DNA of 64,000 bases from Balanoglossus misakiensis (Eukaryota > Animalia > Hemichordata), in the NCBI GenBank assembly GCA_040954595.2, contig CM082598.2:1798001-1862000 (forward strand), written 5' to 3'. The notes beneath the pieces are model-generated. The model saw only the letters and a list, made by a program, of their open reading frames with translations. It ran no database searches and was not told the DNA's origin. A program made the position numbers and the translations under genes. Of this stretch, positions 62,601 through 64,000 are shown piece by piece (positions within the stretch are counted from its first letter, which is position 1; each line of letters opens with the position of its first letter).

Positions 62601-63337
62601 CAATCGATATCCAACGAAAACCCCTGTATTATATCCTCAATGTTATACTTCCATGTATCGTGGTGTCCGTCCTGAGCACGGTTAGTTTTTGCCTTCCATC
62701 GTCGTCCCCGGAGAAACTGGATCTGAGCATTTCCTTGCTCCTCACCATGTACGTCTTCAACCTGTTGGTGATTGACCTTTTACCCGCGACTTCATCTTCG
62801 GTTCCATATTTGACGCGGTATCTACTTTTCAACATGAGTATAATCGGCTGTTCTGTGGCCTCCACCATGTTGGTGTTGAAAGTTCACAAGCGTCAGTCGA
62901 ACGACCGCAAAATGCCCCGCTGGGTCCGCAAGGTGTTTCTGGAAAAACTCGCGTGGCTTCTGCTGGTGCACGTGCGAACTCGACCATTCAACAACAGCAA
63001 GAAACTTTTCCACAAAGTGAACCACTTCAACAATGCCAGCGAGGACAACATGCTGTTGAAACCAATTCTGCGCCAAGAGAACGATTCGCCGATTTTCTGT
63101 AGGATCAACAAATTCGAAAAGAATATGGTGACTCCAAGGACATGCTGTGCAACCACAAATTCGGCGTTTAGGTTTCCTACAAAGTTGCAACTATATCGGC
63201 AAAGACAGAGACATTGTCGCTGTCCTTGTTCCCACACAACTGGACATGACAAGAGGCTGTTGAATAATTCTGAAAAGATGGTGGACATATTGGACAGGAT
63301 GGCAAAACATTTTATTCCCAACCGATCAAACGAACAC
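29528..63337 (+). CDS. Nicotinic acetylcholine receptor-like (Cys-loop, cation-type, non-alpha) subunit; exons 1-5, 3' end outside the window
   Basis: Exons 29528-29621, 47305-47444, 52464-52508 (45 nt), 58105-58214 (110 nt) and 62254-63337 join in frame and follow the conserved nAChR exon pattern. Motifs: signal peptide, AEDHLLRDLFSNYSTITRPV, LQLIDVDEKMQ, EWDDYRLRWDP, IWNPD, Cys-loop CLMDITYFPVDRQEC, RKPLYYILNVILPC, M1-M3, MPRWVRKVFL. Confidence 0.93.
34450..34650 (+). repeat. Old dispersed repeat, inverted homolog of 57750-57925
   Basis: agcttgacttg...taattaaccaagtctcgcgcgatctcacaa versus the reverse complement of ttgcgagatctcgcgtgacttacttaatta...caagtcaagct. Confidence 0.55.
43463..43526. 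repeat. (ACAT)n microsatellite
   Basis: About 16 perfect tetranucleotide units. Confidence 0.95.
47305..47444 (+). CDS. nAChR-like exon 2
   Basis: GVETNSAEDHLLRDLFSNYSTITRPVDKVRDTVLVSFYMAILQLIDV|GTAGGT. Confidence 0.92.
48349..48379. repeat. (GTGTA)n microsatellite
   Basis: About 6 pentanucleotide units. Confidence 0.9.
52464..52508 (+). CDS. nAChR-like exon 3 (45 nt)
   Basis: Long polypyrimidine acceptor, DEKMQVIKSNVWMYQ|GTAAGA; loop D Trp retained. Confidence 0.92.
56599..56751 (+). mobile_element. Diverged copy of the TA-MITE family seen at 1507-1665
   Basis: caggtggtctttatagacaggttaataatgtacatgtaaattg...ccactatatagaggtgacaactaacaccggtttgactg. Confidence 0.7.
57750..57960 (-). mobile_element. 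MITE-like repeat with inverted ends, homologous to 34450-34650
   Basis: gcgagatctcgcgtgact (~57761) is inverted relative to agtctcgcgagatctcac (~57941). Confidence 0.5.
58105..58214 (+). CDS. nAChR-like exon 4 (110 nt)
   Basis: EWDDYRLRWDPDKYDNITLVVVPVSYIWNPDTSLLN|GTATGA. Confidence 0.93.
58883..59248. mobile_element. Degenerate TTAA-type MITE
   Basis: ttaagatagtatgcac ... gtgtgtactacataa imperfect terminal inverted repeats; family not verifiable without a repeat library. Confidence 0.35.
60348..60458 (-). mobile_element. Inverted partial copy of the TA-MITE family
   Basis: agtcaaacctgtgttagcgaccacctctatatagcagccactttg...cattaattgacctgtct...aggccacct is the reverse complement of the 1560-1665 region. 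Confidence 0.7.
62254..63337 (+). CDS. nAChR-like exon 5 (Cys-loop, M1-M3, intracellular loop)
   Basis: Acceptor tttcag ending at 62253; lies within ORF 62183-63397; donor CAC|GTAAGT at 63337/63338. Confidence 0.93.
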
Positions 63338-64000
63338 GTAAGTCAAAAATCTACTACACCTTTGAAACAATATGTTGGAATATGTGTTGAAATATAACTA
63401 ACGGTATAGAATGCATAACTTTCTTAAAGTTCCATTAGCTGTTACTTTTCATTATGTTTCCTGTATTTCTGTTGTGTGTGTATCTACTGCAAATTTGCAT
63501 ATTTGACAGTAAACTTATATAGTAGGCCAATCGCGAGACAGTTCTATGGAACACATGTCGATCATTTCGCGGGAATGTGATACATGCGGTATGCCACACA
63601 TAACATGACAGTTCTTTCGAGGAGAAAATTACATCTCCAATTTGACCGAATTTCTCGATTTTCATACACGTATCGATTTTGAGTGATTGGACATAACCGT
63701 TCTGTAGATGGTCCATTTGCCCCTGACAACCACCCAATTTACACGTGAGCAGACCATTTCTAACTCAAATGTGTGCTTCCGCCATCAACCAACGCAGTGA
63801 CGCGACACGTGTGTGTGTGGGTTAATGTTCTGACAGCAGCATGGCGTAGTGATATGCCCTGATAATTTTGTAAATTGGTTATTTCCGGCGGTCGTTTTAC
63901 CAGAACTGTGCATAGCGAATCTTGCACTGACAACGGCCTTTGCAAAAATCAGAACGTGCTGCGAGATTGGTGGCCATTTTGAATTGACCCCTGATTCTTA

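Noticed and set aside
62629-63321. Minus-strand ORFs opposite receptor exon 5
   Set aside because: They are antisense shadows of the real coding exon.

Overview
This is AT-rich, intron-rich eukaryotic genomic DNA from an invertebrate animal. Protein similarity and repeat types suggest a marine invertebrate deuterostome such as a hemichordate or echinoderm (inference). Three spliced protein-coding genes lie on the + strand, and I reconstructed their exons by hand from GT-AG boundaries and reading-frame continuity. (1) SINHCAF/FAM60A has 5 coding exons at 218-2941, encodes 304 aa, and has a ~4 kb 3'UTR. (2) A SAPS-domain PP6 regulatory subunit (PPP6R1/2/3 family, closest to PPP6R3) has 22 coding exons at 10933-20601, encodes ~1031 aa, and has a housekeeping-type promoter at ~7.9 kb and a ~4 kb 3'UTR. 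(3) A divergent non-alpha nicotinic acetylcholine receptor-like Cys-loop subunit has exons 1-5 at 29528-63337; its last (M4) exon lies beyond the window. Most ORFs in the supplied track are spurious or partial exon overlaps. Introns and UTRs carry several MITEs, a fold-back element, minisatellites and microsatellites. I found no CRISPR array, tRNA, rRNA or prokaryote-type system. The most interesting signals are the receptor's unusual pore (Pro -2', Asp 2') and degenerate ligand site together with an RFX X-box promoter, an Rbfox/QKI-rich AG-free intron in PPP6R, a homotypic Grainyhead-type motif cluster, and a double-inverted-repeat intronic element.
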